Shown here: positions 1-8,443 of the stretch, piece after piece | Layout: the number at the start of each line of letters is the position of its first letter | Numbering within the stretch: position 1 is the stretch's first letter | NCBI RefSeq assembly: GCF_001598795.1 | Contig: NZ_BCZP01000002.1 | Coordinates: 330,001-362,000, forward strand | DNA length: 32,000 bases | Direction: 5' to 3' | From: Delftia acidovorans NBRC 14950 | GTDB lineage: Bacteria; Pseudomonadota; Gammaproteobacteria; Burkholderiales; Burkholderiaceae_C | The notes under the pieces: generated by a model | Told to the model about the DNA's origin: nothing | What the model saw: the letters and a program-made list of their open reading frames with translations, nothing else | Databases searched by the model: none | Position numbers and translations under genes: made by a program

Positions 1-353
1 TCGGCCAGCAGCCGGGGCAGAAATCCCGCAAATGCGGAGTTGTTGGCCCACAGGCGCAACTGGCCCGTGGCGCCGCTGCGAAAGTCGTCCATGGCGAGGG
101 CCAGATGTTCCAGCCGGGCCACCACGTCCACGGCATGGTGGTACATGCTCTGGCCGGCGGGCGTGGGCGTGACGCCGCGCTTGCTGCGCACCAGCAGGGT
201 CACGCCGCAGTGCTGTTCCAGCTCGGCTACGCGCTTGCTGGCGGCTGCCAACGACAGCCCCAGCGTGCGCGAGCCCGCCGTCAGGCTGCCGGCATCGACC
301 ACGGCCACATACAGGCGCAACGTCAGCAGATCGAATCGGTGCAGGTTGATCAT
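1..353 (-). CDS. LysR-family transcriptional regulator, N-terminal part (C-terminal part lies outside the window)
   Basis: Absent from the ORF track because it is open at the window edge. The reverse complement from CAT 351-353 reads MINLHRFDLLTLRLYVAVVDAGSLTAGSRTLGLSLAAASKRVAELEQHCGVTLLVRSKRGVTPTPAGQSMY..., a canonical LysR winged-HTH. It is divergent from the Bug receptor gene. Confidence 0.85.
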   Translation of the reverse strand, partial: MINLHRFDLLTLRLYVAVVDAGSLTAGSRTLGLSLAAASKRVAELEQHCGVTLLVRSKRGVTPTPAGQSMYHHAVDVVARLEHLALAMDDFRSGATGQLRLWANNSAFAGFLPRLLA

Positions 354-356
354 TCC

Positions 357-381
357 CATCCTCCACCACAGACGAAGGATG
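357..381. promoter_or_regulatory. Dyad CATCC-N15-GGATG in the LysR/Bug divergent intergenic region; candidate LysR-type operator
   Basis: catcc at 357-361 and ggatg at 377-381, immediately upstream of the LysR start. LysR regulators usually bind dyads in their own divergent promoter. The call rests on position and symmetry only. Confidence 0.3.
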
Positions 382-446
382 GATCAACGAGATACGGCTG
401 TTCGGCCGCGTGCAGGCCCGCAAGAATGCGCCGGTACAAAGAGAAC

Positions 447-1433
447 ATGGAGACAAGCATGAATCGACGCATTGTGCTGCAGGCCGCCGGCCTGGCAGCG
501 GCCGCCCTGTTGGGCGCAGGAACCGTCCAGGCCCAGGCCTTTCCAACCAAGTCCATTACCCTCGTGGTCCCCAACCCGCCCGGCGGCGTGGTGGACACGG
601 CGGCACGCCTGGCGTCCGACCCGCTGTCGCGCCTGCTGGGGCAGTCGGTGGTGGTGGACAACCGGGGCGGCGCCAGCGGCAACATCGCCTACCAGATGGT
701 GGCCCGGTCGCCCAAGGACGGCTACACGCTGCTGGCCTCGTATTCGGCCTACCACGTGGGCAATCCGGCACTGTTCCCCAAGCTGCCCTGGGCGCAGTCC
801 GAGCTGGCGCCCGTGGGGCTGATCGTGGCCGCCACCAATGTGATCGCCGTTCATCCTTCCGTTCCGGCGAACAATCTGCAGGAGTTCATTGCCTATCTGC
901 GCAAGAACCCGGGCAAGGTCAATTACGCGTCGCAGGGCAATGGCTCGCTGTCCCATGTGGGCACGGCCGTGTTCGCCCAGGTGACCCAGACCCAGATCAC
1001 GCATGTGCCCTACAAGGGGTCCGGCCCTGCCATCCAGGACGTGCTGGGCGGCCAGGTGCAGATGTTCATCACCACGCCGCCTTCGGTGCTGGGCCATGTG
1101 CAGACGGGCAAGCTCAGGGCCCTGGCCGTGACCAGCAAGACGCGCCATCCCATGCTGCCCGATGTGCCCACCACGGCCGAAGCGGGCCTGCCGGGCTTCG
1201 AGCTGGAAGCCTGGGTTGGCCTGTTCGCACCTGCGGGCACGCCGCCCGACGCCATCGCCAGGCTGTCGGACGCGCTCAAGACCTCCCTGGAGTCGCCCGA
1301 CGTGCAAAAGCGCGCGGCCCTGCAGGGCGTGGAGCCGCGATTCCTCGGCCCGCAGGCGCTGGGCGCCCTGGTCCAGCGGGAGACCGATCACTGGGGCAAG
1401 GTGATCAAGGCCAACCACATCACGATGGATTGA
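447..1433 (+). CDS. Bug-family (TctC-like) tripartite tricarboxylate transporter periplasmic substrate-binding protein
   Basis: Frame of ORF 105..1433, with ATG at 447 (METSMNRR) or 459. Signal-like MNRRIVLQAAGLAAAALLGAGTVQAQA is followed by FPTKSITLVVPNPPGGVVDTAARL, YASQGNGSLSHV and VPYKGSGPA, all typical Bug/TctC motifs. Confidence 0.9.
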   Translation: METSMNRRIVLQAAGLAAAALLGAGTVQAQAFPTKSITLVVPNPPGGVVDTAARLASDPLSRLLGQSVVVDNRGGASGNIAYQMVARSPKDGYTLLASYSAYHVGNPALFPKLPWAQSELAPVGLIVAATNVIAVHPSVPANNLQEFIAYLRKNPGKVNYASQGNGSLSHVGTAVFAQVTQTQITHVPYKGSGPAIQDVLGGQVQMFITTPPSVLGHVQTGKLRALAVTSKTRHPMLPDVPTTAEAGLPGFELEAWVGLFAPAGTPPDAIARLSDALKTSLESPDVQKRAALQGVEPRFLGPQALGALVQRETDHWGKVIKANHITMD

Positions 1434-1442
1434 TGGGTGGCA

Positions 1443-1541
1443 CCCCCTGAGCGGCTTACGCCGCTTCCCCCTCTCTACTCGCTTCGCGGGGGAGGGGGAC
1501 GACACCCTCGGGGCGGGGCGGCCCTTCCTCGGTGTCTCTGA
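1443..1541 (+). repeat. GC-rich REP-like extragenic repeat, copy 1
   Basis: ccccctgagcggcttacgccgcttccccct...ggggacgacaccctcggggcggggcggcccttcctcggtgtctctga. It matches the reverse complement of 2432-2512 except for a ~20 nt internal insertion and a few substitutions. It contains the internal hairpin agcggc-ttac-gccgct. Confidence 0.75.
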
Positions 1542-1585
1542 GTGGGGGCGCGCCAGTTTTATGTCCAGCGCTATGAAGAACTGAT

Positions 1586-2344
1586 ATGACTAGCAAAACC
1601 CATTTCCGCATCGGGCAGATCGTGCCCAGCTCCAACACCACGATGGAGACCGAGATCCCCGCCATCCTGCGCGCCCGCGAGGCCCTGGCGCCCGAGCGTT
1701 TCACCTTCCACTCCAGCCGCATGCGCATGAAGCATGTGACCAAGGAGGAACTGGCCGCCATGGACGGCGACAGCGACCGCTGCGCGCTGGAACTGTCGGA
1801 TGCGCGGGTCGATGTGCTCGGCTATGCCTGCCTGGTGGCCATCATGAGCATGGGGCGCGGCTACCACCGTGTCTCGCAAGCGCGCCTGCACCAGCGCACC
1901 GTGGACAACGGCGGTCCCGCGCCCGTGGTCACCAGCGCCGGCGCCCTGGTCGATGGCCTGCACGCCATCGGCGCGAAGAAGGTGGCGCTGCTGGCGCCCT
2001 ACATGAAGCCGCTGACGCAGCTGGTCATCGACTACATAGAGAACGAAGGCATCGAAGTGGTGGACAGCATCTCGCTGGAGATTGCCGACAACCTGCAGGT
2101 GGGCGCCCAGGATGCGCGCGCACCCATCGAGATCACGCGGCGCCTGAACACGGCCAACGCCGACGCGGTCATCGCCTCGGCCTGCGTGCAGATGCCCTCG
2201 CTGGCCTCGGTGCAGCCCATCGAGGACCGCGTGGGCCTGCCGGTACTGTCTTCCTCGGTAGCCACGACGTTCATGATGCTCAAGCGCCTGGGCTTGCCGA
2301 CAGCCGTTCCGGGATTCGGTGCGCTGTTGAGCGGTAAATACTGA
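1586..2344 (+). CDS. maiA: Maleate cis-trans isomerase (Asp/Glu/hydantoin racemase superfamily)
   Basis: MTSKTHFRIGQIVPSSNTTMETEIPAIL is the characteristic maleate isomerase N-terminus. The two Cys regions YACLVAIM and IASACVQMPSL are spaced as the catalytic pair. 252 aa. Confidence 0.85.
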   Translation: MTSKTHFRIGQIVPSSNTTMETEIPAILRAREALAPERFTFHSSRMRMKHVTKEELAAMDGDSDRCALELSDARVDVLGYACLVAIMSMGRGYHRVSQARLHQRTVDNGGPAPVVTSAGALVDGLHAIGAKKVALLAPYMKPLTQLVIDYIENEGIEVVDSISLEIADNLQVGAQDARAPIEITRRLNTANADAVIASACVQMPSLASVQPIEDRVGLPVLSSSVATTFMMLKRLGLPTAVPGFGALLSGKY

Positions 2345-2356
2345 ATCTTTCCTTGA

Positions 2357-2380
2357 GAAAGGCCGCTATTGCGGCCTTTC
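2357..2380 (+). terminator. Hairpin downstream of maiA (gaaaggccgc-tatt-gcggcctttc)
   Basis: Perfect 10-bp stem with a 4-nt loop, 13 nt after the stop codon. Only a short T-containing tail (tttctc) follows. Confidence 0.55.
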
Positions 2381-2431
2381 TCGGAGCGGGGCTGGTCTAA
2401 TTCGCGGCATCCAGAACTGGCATGAGCCAAG

Positions 2432-2512
2432 TCAGAGACACCGAGCAAGGGCCGCCCCGCCGCGAGGGTGTCGTCCCCCTCAGGGGGAAGCGGCGACGCC
2501 GCTCAGGGGGGG
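2432..2512 (-). repeat. GC-rich REP-like extragenic repeat, copy 2 (inverted relative to copy 1)
   Basis: The reverse complement reads cccccctgagcggcgtcgccgcttccccctgagggggacgacaccctcgcggcggggcggcccttgctcggtgtctctga. It abuts the stop codon of the LysM/BON gene. Confidence 0.75.
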
Positions 2513-2513
2513 C

Positions 2514-2984
2514 TTAGATTGCCGGAATGCGCAGCTTCTGGCCGGGGTAGATCTTGTCTGGGTGGCTCAGCATGGGCTTGTTGGCCTCGAAGATCACCGG
2601 GTACTTGTTGGCATCGCCATAGAACTTCTTGGCAATGGCCGACAGCGTGTCGCCGCGCACCACGTCGTGGTACTGGGCTTCGGGCTCGGGGTTGGTCACC
2701 GTCATCTGGTTGTCCACCGACTGCACGCTGGAGACGTTGCCGCAGCACAGCGTCACCTTTTCCTTGACCGCCTGGGTGGGGGCCGTGCCCAGCACCGTGA
2801 CCTTGCCCTGCGAGCCATCGAACTGCACCTTCACGTCGCTGACGCCCAGGTTCTGCGTGCCGATATAGGTCTCGATGGCCTTGGCGGCCTTGGCATTCAG
2901 GTCTTGCGCAGGCTCGGCTGCCTGTGCGGCGCTGCCGCCGAACAGCTTTTCGCCGGCTTCCTTGATGAAACTGAAAAGTCCCAT
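2514..2984 (-). CDS. kbp: BON + LysM domain protein, Kbp/YgaU type (potassium-binding / peptidoglycan-binding)
   Basis: MGLFSFIKEAGEKLFG N-terminus and C-terminal YHDVVRGDTLSAIAKKFYGDANKYPVIFEANKPMLSHPDKIYPGQKLRIP closely mirror E. coli YgaU/Kbp. An AGGAG Shine-Dalgarno lies upstream on the minus strand. Confidence 0.92.
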   Translation of the reverse strand: MGLFSFIKEAGEKLFGGSAAQAAEPAQDLNAKAAKAIETYIGTQNLGVSDVKVQFDGSQGKVTVLGTAPTQAVKEKVTLCCGNVSSVQSVDNQMTVTNPEPEAQYHDVVRGDTLSAIAKKFYGDANKYPVIFEANKPMLSHPDKIYPGQKLRIPAI

Positions 2985-3169
2985 GGGTGACTCCTGTTGG
3001 TGGGTGGAAAAACGGAAAGGCCAATGTAACGCCTAACAGTGGCAGCGCGCGCTGCCGGGCAGGAGCGCTCCCGGATTTTTGACATTTGCGCCATTCTTGC
3101 GTTCACGTCCTCACTCAGTTGTCGTCCATGGCTGACGCTATCCTCCGGAAAACTCCGATAATCGCGCCC

Positions 3170-3982
3170 ATGACTTTTTTGGCCATAGACATCGGCAACA
3201 CCCGCTTGAAATGGGCGATGTACGACGCGCATCGGCCTGGCGCCGCTTTGCTGGCGCACGGCGCGGAGTTCCTGGAGCACATCGAGCACTTGGCCGAAGG
3301 GCCGTGGAGCGACCTGCCCACGCCTACGCGCATGCTGGGCTGCGTGGTGGCCGGCGACACGGCGCGCCGGCGCGTGCACGACCAGATCGACATGATGCTG
3401 GGCTGGGATTTCGAGCCGCAGTGGGCCGTGCCCGGCGCGGCCGAGGCCGGAGTCACCAACGGCTACGACTTCCCCTCGCGCCTGGGGGCGGACCGCTGGG
3501 TGGCCATGATCGGCGCGCGCCAGCACATCCTGCAGCGCGGGCCAGAGCGGCCCCTGATCGTGGTCATGATCGGCACCGCCGTCACCGTGGATGCGCTGGA
3601 CCAGCACGGCCACTTCATGGGCGGTCTGATCCTGCCGGGGCACGGCATCATGCTGCGCGCCCTGGAAAGCGGCACGGCCGGCCTGCACGTGCCCACGGGT
3701 GCGGTCACGCCATTCCCCACCAACACCAGCGACGCGCTGACCAGTGGCGGCACCTACGCCATCGCCGGGGCCGTGGAGCGCATGTACCAGCATCTGTACA
3801 TGCACTGCAGCATGGAGCCCGCCTGCGTCATGGCCGGCGGTGCAGGCTGGAAGATGGTGCCCAGCATGACGCGGCCCTTCGAGCTGGTGGACAACCTCAT
3901 CTTCGAAGGCCTGCTGGTCATGGCGCAGCGCCGCTGGGGCGATGCCAGCGGCCTGCCTGCCGACGCGGTCAAAGCGGCCTGA
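3170..3982 (+). CDS. coaX: Type III pantothenate kinase
   Basis: Frame of ORF 3086..3982. ATG 3170 gives [16 protein letters not shown], the CoaX/Bvg-accessory-factor signature. GADRW and TSGG motifs occur later. Confidence 0.9.
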   Translation: MTFLAIDIGNTRLKWAMYDAHRPGAALLAHGAEFLEHIEHLAEGPWSDLPTPTRMLGCVVAGDTARRRVHDQIDMMLGWDFEPQWAVPGAAEAGVTNGYDFPSRLGADRWVAMIGARQHILQRGPERPLIVVMIGTAVTVDALDQHGHFMGGLILPGHGIMLRALESGTAGLHVPTGAVTPFPTNTSDALTSGGTYAIAGAVERMYQHLYMHCSMEPACVMAGGAGWKMVPSMTRPFELVDNLIFEGLLVMAQRRWGDASGLPADAVKAA

Positions 3983-4132
3983 AGCCACTTCGATCGTGCG
4001 GCGCAGCATCGCGCCGTTATATCCGTTGCGTAACAGTTGATGACAGCGCTGATGCCGGGTGCGGGGGCGGCCGTGGACCCCACATCCGGAGCCTTTCGCG
4101 GGGGATGCGGCGACAGTGGATAATCCGCGGCA

Positions 4133-5860
4133 ATGTCTTCCACCAATCACGTCATGGAACCGATTGCCGGTGTCGAAGCCCCGATCAAGGGGCGGCTGGG
4201 CGAACGCCTGCTTTCCGCCGGCAAGCTGAACGAGCGCGATCTGCAAAACGCCCTGCAGGCGCAGCAGGAGCTGGGCGGCTACCTGGGCCAGGTGCTGGTC
4301 CAGCTGGGCGTGGTGGCGGAAGCCGACGTGGCCCAGGCGCTGTCCGAGCAGCTGCACATGCGCTGGCTGCGCGCGGAAGAGTTTCCCGATCTGCTGCCCG
4401 ATGTGCCGGGCCTGCTGGCCAGCTTTCTGGATGCGCAGTGCGTCTGCCCCATTTCGCTGCAGGACGGCGTGCTCGAAGTGGCCATGTCCGTGCCGCAGGA
4501 CCCCTTCATCACCAAGGCGCTGCGCCTTGCCACCGGGTTGCAGATCAAGCCCGTGCTGGCGCTGGAAGCCGATATCCGCAAGGCCCTGTCCGAAGCCGGC
4601 CAGGAACCCGAAGGCGAAGAAGGCCAGGACTGGGAGTCGGACGCCACGGGTGGCGACTTCGTCGAGCATCTGAAGGACCTGGCCAGCGAGGCGCCGGTCA
4701 TCCGCCTGGTCACGGGCATCATTTCCCGCGCCATCGAGCTGCACGCCTCCGACATCCACCTGGAGCCCTTCGAGGCTGGCCTGCAGGTGCGCTACCGTAT
4801 GGACGGCGTGATCCATGCGGCCGAACTCGTGCCGCCACGGCTGAGCGCAGCCGTGGGCTCGCGCGTCAAGCTGCTGGCCCATCTGGACATTGCCGAGCGG
4901 CGCCTGCCGCAGGACGGCCGCATCAAGACCCGCGCCAAGGGCCGCGAACTGGACCTGCGTGTCTCCACCGCACCCACGGTGCATGGCGAGAGCATCGTCA
5001 TGCGGGTGCTGGACCGCGCCAACGTGCGCCTGCGCCTGGAAAGCATGGGCTTCGAGGCCGATACGCTGGAGCGCTTCAACACCTTGCTGGCCAAGCCGCA
5101 CGGCATCGTGCTGGTCACTGGGCCCACGGGCTCGGGCAAGACCACCACGCTGTACGCGGCCCTGTCCAAGATCGACGCGGTTTCCAACAAGATCATCACC
5201 GTCGAGGACCCGGTCGAGTACCAGCTCGACGGCATCAACCAGATCCAGGTCCATCCGCAGATCGACCTCACCTTTGCCAACGCCCTGCGCTCCATCCTGC
5301 GCCAGGACCCGGACATCATCATGATCGGCGAAATGCGTGACGGAGAAACCGCGCAGATCGCCGTGCAGTCCGCACTGACAGGTCACCTGGTGCTGTCCAC
5401 GCTGCACACCAACACGGCCGCAGGCGCCGTCACCCGCATGCGAGACATGGGGGTGGAGAGCTACCTGATCACGTCCTCGGTCAACGGCGTGCTGGCCCAG
5501 CGCCTGGTGCGCACGCTGTGCTCGCACTGCAAGCAGCCCGACACGCTGCCGGCCGCCGCCGTCGAGGGCAGCGGGCTCAAGCGTTTTTTGCGCGAGGGCT
5601 CTCCCATCTACCGCGCCGTCGGCTGCGAGCATTGCCGGGGCACGGGCTACAAGGGCCGTACCGGCATCCATGAACTCATGGTCATCGACGAGCCGCTGCG
5701 CCGCGCCATCATCGAAGGCCAGGACGCCAACGCCCTGCATGCCATGGCGGCCAAGAGCGGCATGCTGAGCCTCTACGACGACGGCCTGCGCAAGGTGGCC
5801 TCGGGCGCCACCACGCTGGACGAAGTGCTGCGCGTGACCCAGGACCAGAGCGATGCCTGA
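4133..5860 (+). CDS. gspE: Type II secretion ATPase GspE with an MshEN-type N-terminal domain
   Basis: Walker A GPTGSGKTTTL, Asp/His boxes, tetracysteine CSHC...CEHC motif and a T2SSE_N-like N-terminus. 575 aa. Confidence 0.95.
   Translation: MSSTNHVMEPIAGVEAPIKGRLGERLLSAGKLNERDLQNALQAQQELGGYLGQVLVQLGVVAEADVAQALSEQLHMRWLRAEEFPDLLPDVPGLLASFLDAQCVCPISLQDGVLEVAMSVPQDPFITKALRLATGLQIKPVLALEADIRKALSEAGQEPEGEEGQDWESDATGGDFVEHLKDLASEAPVIRLVTGIISRAIELHASDIHLEPFEAGLQVRYRMDGVIHAAELVPPRLSAAVGSRVKLLAHLDIAERRLPQDGRIKTRAKGRELDLRVSTAPTVHGESIVMRVLDRANVRLRLESMGFEADTLERFNTLLAKPHGIVLVTGPTGSGKTTTLYAALSKIDAVSNKIITVEDPVEYQLDGINQIQVHPQIDLTFANALRSILRQDPDIIMIGEMRDGETAQIAVQSALTGHLVLSTLHTNTAAGAVTRMRDMGVESYLITSSVNGVLAQRLVRTLCSHCKQPDTLPAAAVEGSGLKRFLREGSPIYRAVGCEHCRGTGYKGRTGIHELMVIDEPLRRAIIEGQDANALHAMAAKSGMLSLYDDGLRKVASGATTLDEVLRVTQDQSDA
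4193..4351 (+). other. Tandem 24-residue MshEN-like c-di-GMP-binding motifs in GspE (residues 21-73)
   Basis: RLGERLLSAGKLNERDLQNALQAQ, then QELGG, then YLGQVLVQLGVVAEADVAQALSEQ, compared with RLGxx[LVI][LVI]xxG[LVI][LVI]xxxxLxxxLxxQ repeated twice with a 5-residue spacer. Confidence 0.6.
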
Positions 5861-7070
5861 TTACAGCTGGGAGGCCGTGGACAGCCGCGGCCAGATGGTC
5901 AAGGGCACTTTTTCCGCTGCGGCCGTGGCCGAGGTGGTGGTGCACCTGCGCAAGAGCCGGCTGTCGCCCATCAAGGTCGAGGAAGCCGTGGGCCTGGGCA
6001 ATGTGCCGCTTGCGGTGCGTGCGCTCAAGAAAGGCCGCATCAAGGCCGACGACATCCAGGGCATGACCACCGAGTTGGCCATCATGATGCGTGCCGGCCT
6101 GTCGCTGGACAACGCGCTCAAGGTCCTGGTGGAGATGAGCCACAAGGTGCAGATGCAGGCCATGCTCCAGTCCGTGCTCGACAGCGTCAAGGCCGGCATG
6201 CCGCTGAGCCAGGCACTGGGCAAGCACCACGACCTGTTCGGCGACTTCTATATCAACATGGTGCGCTCGGGCGAAGCCAGCGGCCAGATGTCGGGCGTGC
6301 TCAACCGGCTGGTGGAACACATGGCGCGCCAGCGTGCCCTGCGCGACAGCGTGGTCTCGGCCACCATCTATCCTGCCATCCTGCTGGGCGTGGCCGTGCT
6401 GTCCCTGGTGGCCATGCTGGGCTTCGTCGTGCCGCAGTTCGAGCAGCTCTTCAACGACATGGGTGACGCGCTGCCCCTTCCCACGCAATTCGTGATGGGG
6501 CTGGGCCATGCGTTTCGCAGCTACGGCTGGGCGGTGTTCATCGTGCTGGGCGCGCTGGGCTGGGTCTTAGCCCGCTGGGCCAAGAGTCCCAAGGGTCGTC
6601 AGACCTGGCAATCGTGGCTGCTGGGCCTGCCGGGCCTGGGTGGCGTGGTGCGCAAGTACCAGCTGACCCTGTTCAGCCGCTCGCTGGGCACGCTGCTGGG
6701 CAACGGCGTCACACTGCTGACCGCACTGCGCATTGCCAGCGACACGGTCTCCAACGTCGCCATTCGCGAGCGCCTGGAAAAAATGGGTCCCATGGTCAAG
6801 GAAGGCCATCGCATGGCCCATGCCGCCCAGAAAACCGGAGAATTCGAGCCCCTGGCCCTGAATCTGGTGCGGGTCGGCGAGGAAACCGGCCGGCTGGGCG
6901 ACATGATGCTGGAGCTGTCCAACATATTGAACCGCGAGGTCGAAAACGCGATCAAACGCCTCCTGACCATGCTGGAGCCGGCGCTGATCCTGGTCCTCGG
7001 TATCCTTATCGCCTCCATCATCGTGTCGATCCTGCTCGGAATCCTGTCCGTCAACGATCTGGCCGTCTGA
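5853..7070 (+). CDS. gspF: Type II secretion inner-membrane platform protein GspF
   Basis: 405 aa with duplicated T2SSF domains and 3 TM segments. The start overlaps the gspE stop by 8 nt. Confidence 0.95.
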   Translation: MPDYSWEAVDSRGQMVKGTFSAAAVAEVVVHLRKSRLSPIKVEEAVGLGNVPLAVRALKKGRIKADDIQGMTTELAIMMRAGLSLDNALKVLVEMSHKVQMQAMLQSVLDSVKAGMPLSQALGKHHDLFGDFYINMVRSGEASGQMSGVLNRLVEHMARQRALRDSVVSATIYPAILLGVAVLSLVAMLGFVVPQFEQLFNDMGDALPLPTQFVMGLGHAFRSYGWAVFIVLGALGWVLARWAKSPKGRQTWQSWLLGLPGLGGVVRKYQLTLFSRSLGTLLGNGVTLLTALRIASDTVSNVAIRERLEKMGPMVKEGHRMAHAAQKTGEFEPLALNLVRVGEETGRLGDMMLELSNILNREVENAIKRLLTMLEPALILVLGILIASIIVSILLGILSVNDLAV

Positions 7071-7102
7071 TGAATCTGAATTGTCTGAAAGGTATATAGA
7101 AG

Positions 7103-7543
7103 ATGATGCGCATGCAAAAGCAACTGTCCTCCCGCGCCCGCAAGCGTGGCTTCACGCTGATCGAACTGCTGGTCGTGCTGGCCATCCTGACCCTGCTGGC
7201 CGGCCTGGTTGGCCCCAAGGTGCTGAACCAGTTGGGTGGAGCAAAGACCAAGACGGCCGGCGTGCAGATCGCCGACATCGAAAAGGCGCTGGAGCTGTAC
7301 AAGCTCGACGTGGGCCGCTATCCCACCTCGCAGCAGGGCCTGGACGCGCTGGTCAAGCAGCCTGCCGGCGTTGCCGGCTGGGCGGGCCCCTACCTCAAGG
7401 GCGGCGTGCCCAATGATCCCTGGAACAACCCTTACCGCTACACCTACCCGGCTGCCAATGGCGACCTCGAGATCCTCTCGCTGGGTTCCGACGGCACACC
7501 CGGTGGCGAGGGCGAGGCCTCTGATATCCGCAACACCAAGTAA
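7103..7543 (+). CDS. gspG: Major pseudopilin GspG
   Basis: Prepilin motif KRG|FTLIELLVVLAIL, plus IEKALELYKLDVGRYPT, DPWNNPY and the C-terminal LGSDGTPGGEGEASDI Ca-site-like loop typical of GspG. Confidence 0.95.
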   Translation: MMRMQKQLSSRARKRGFTLIELLVVLAILTLLAGLVGPKVLNQLGGAKTKTAGVQIADIEKALELYKLDVGRYPTSQQGLDALVKQPAGVAGWAGPYLKGGVPNDPWNNPYRYTYPAANGDLEILSLGSDGTPGGEGEASDIRNTK

Positions 7544-7595
7544 GTTGCTGGTCTGACGCCGTAGTGCAACGCTGCCTCCGTGCCGGGAATATGTC

Positions 7596-8039
7596 TTGAA
7601 GCGCGCCCATGGTTTCACGCTGATCGAGTTGCTGGTGGTCTTCGGCATCCTTGCCGCGATCATCGGCATCGTGCCGCCCGCCATGGGCAAGTTGCGGGAT
7701 GCCGTCGCCTACCGCCAGACCGTGCAGGACGTCACGGCCCTGCTGCGCAAGGCTCGGCAGCAGGCGACGCTGCAGGGCATGCCCGTGGCGTTTGCCGTCA
7801 ATACAAATAGCCGCCAGTACGGCATTGCCGGGCAGGCGACTGCCAAATTGCCAGACACCCTGACAGTGCAATTGACCACGGCTGCGGGCACGGCCCTGGC
7901 CGATGGCAGCCAGACCATTGTGTTCCTGCCGGAAGGTGGCGCCACTGGGGGCAGCATCTCGCTGATTCGCGGCGAGGGCAGCGGTGTACGCCTTCGCGTG
8001 GACTGGCTGTCCGGCCTGGTCACCAAAGAGGGCTTGTGA
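7596..8039 (+). CDS. gspH: Minor pseudopilin, GspH-like
   Basis: TTG start. Prepilin motif AHG|FTLIELLVVFGIL. The size (147 aa) and the position after gspG fit GspH. Confidence 0.75.
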   Translation: MKRAHGFTLIELLVVFGILAAIIGIVPPAMGKLRDAVAYRQTVQDVTALLRKARQQATLQGMPVAFAVNTNSRQYGIAGQATAKLPDTLTVQLTTAAGTALADGSQTIVFLPEGGATGGSISLIRGEGSGVRLRVDWLSGLVTKEGL

Positions 8040-8443
8040 TGCGCCGCCACACTGCAGCCCGCGGCTTCGCGGGAGGCATGACCCTGCTGGAGTTACTGGT
8101 GGCATTGACCATCATGGCCATCTCCGTCGCTCTGATATATCGCGCTGTCGGTGGATCAGCCCGGGGCGTGACGCAGTTGGAGCGTAACCAGGGCGCTGCC
8201 ATGCTGGCAGAGTCGCTGATGGATGCTTTTTCCATGGTCGATCCAGGTGGAACCCAGGCCTCGGGGCAAGATGGGTTTTATACGTGGCAAGTTGCGTCAG
8301 CGCCTTTTCCTGTGGGTGATCTCCCAGAAACGGCCGTCCCGCTGCATGCCCTGCGCATCACGATTGTTTCTGAAGGGCGCAGCTGGGTGTTCGAGACCCT
8401 TCGTCCGCAGCGGCCACTGCAACAGGGTGAGGTGTCGCGGTGA
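8036..8443 (+). CDS. gspI: Minor pseudopilin, GspI-like
   Basis: GTG 8036 or ATG 8039 overlaps the gspH stop. Prepilin motif AGG|MTLLELLVALTIM. 135 aa. Confidence 0.7.
   Translation: MMRRHTAARGFAGGMTLLELLVALTIMAISVALIYRAVGGSARGVTQLERNQGAAMLAESLMDAFSMVDPGGTQASGQDGFYTWQVASAPFPVGDLPETAVPLHALRITIVSEGRSWVFETLRPQRPLQQGEVSR

Noticed and set aside
384-1505. 373-aa minus-strand ORF and 346-aa plus-strand ORF (410..1450) over the Bug receptor gene
   Set aside because: These are shadow frames of a gene with clear TctC/Bug motifs, and their composition is low-complexity Arg/Gly/Pro.
1456-2767. Short ORFs 1456..1761 (-) and 2468..2767 (+) that start inside the REP-like repeats
   Set aside because: They run from repeat sequence into the antisense of real genes and arise from the GC-rich repeat having no stop codons.
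3211-5340. 709-aa plus-strand ORF out of frame with coaX and gspE
   Set aside because: The product is an Arg/Pro/Gly/Ala-rich frame-shifted shadow of real genes, with no domain and no plausible start context.
2897-5740. 947-aa ORF on the minus strand spanning coaX and gspE
   Set aside because: It is antisense to two genes with unmistakable homology. Its product is dominated by Arg/Ala/Gly/His/Asp with no motif. This is a typical stop-poor shadow ORF of high-GC DNA.
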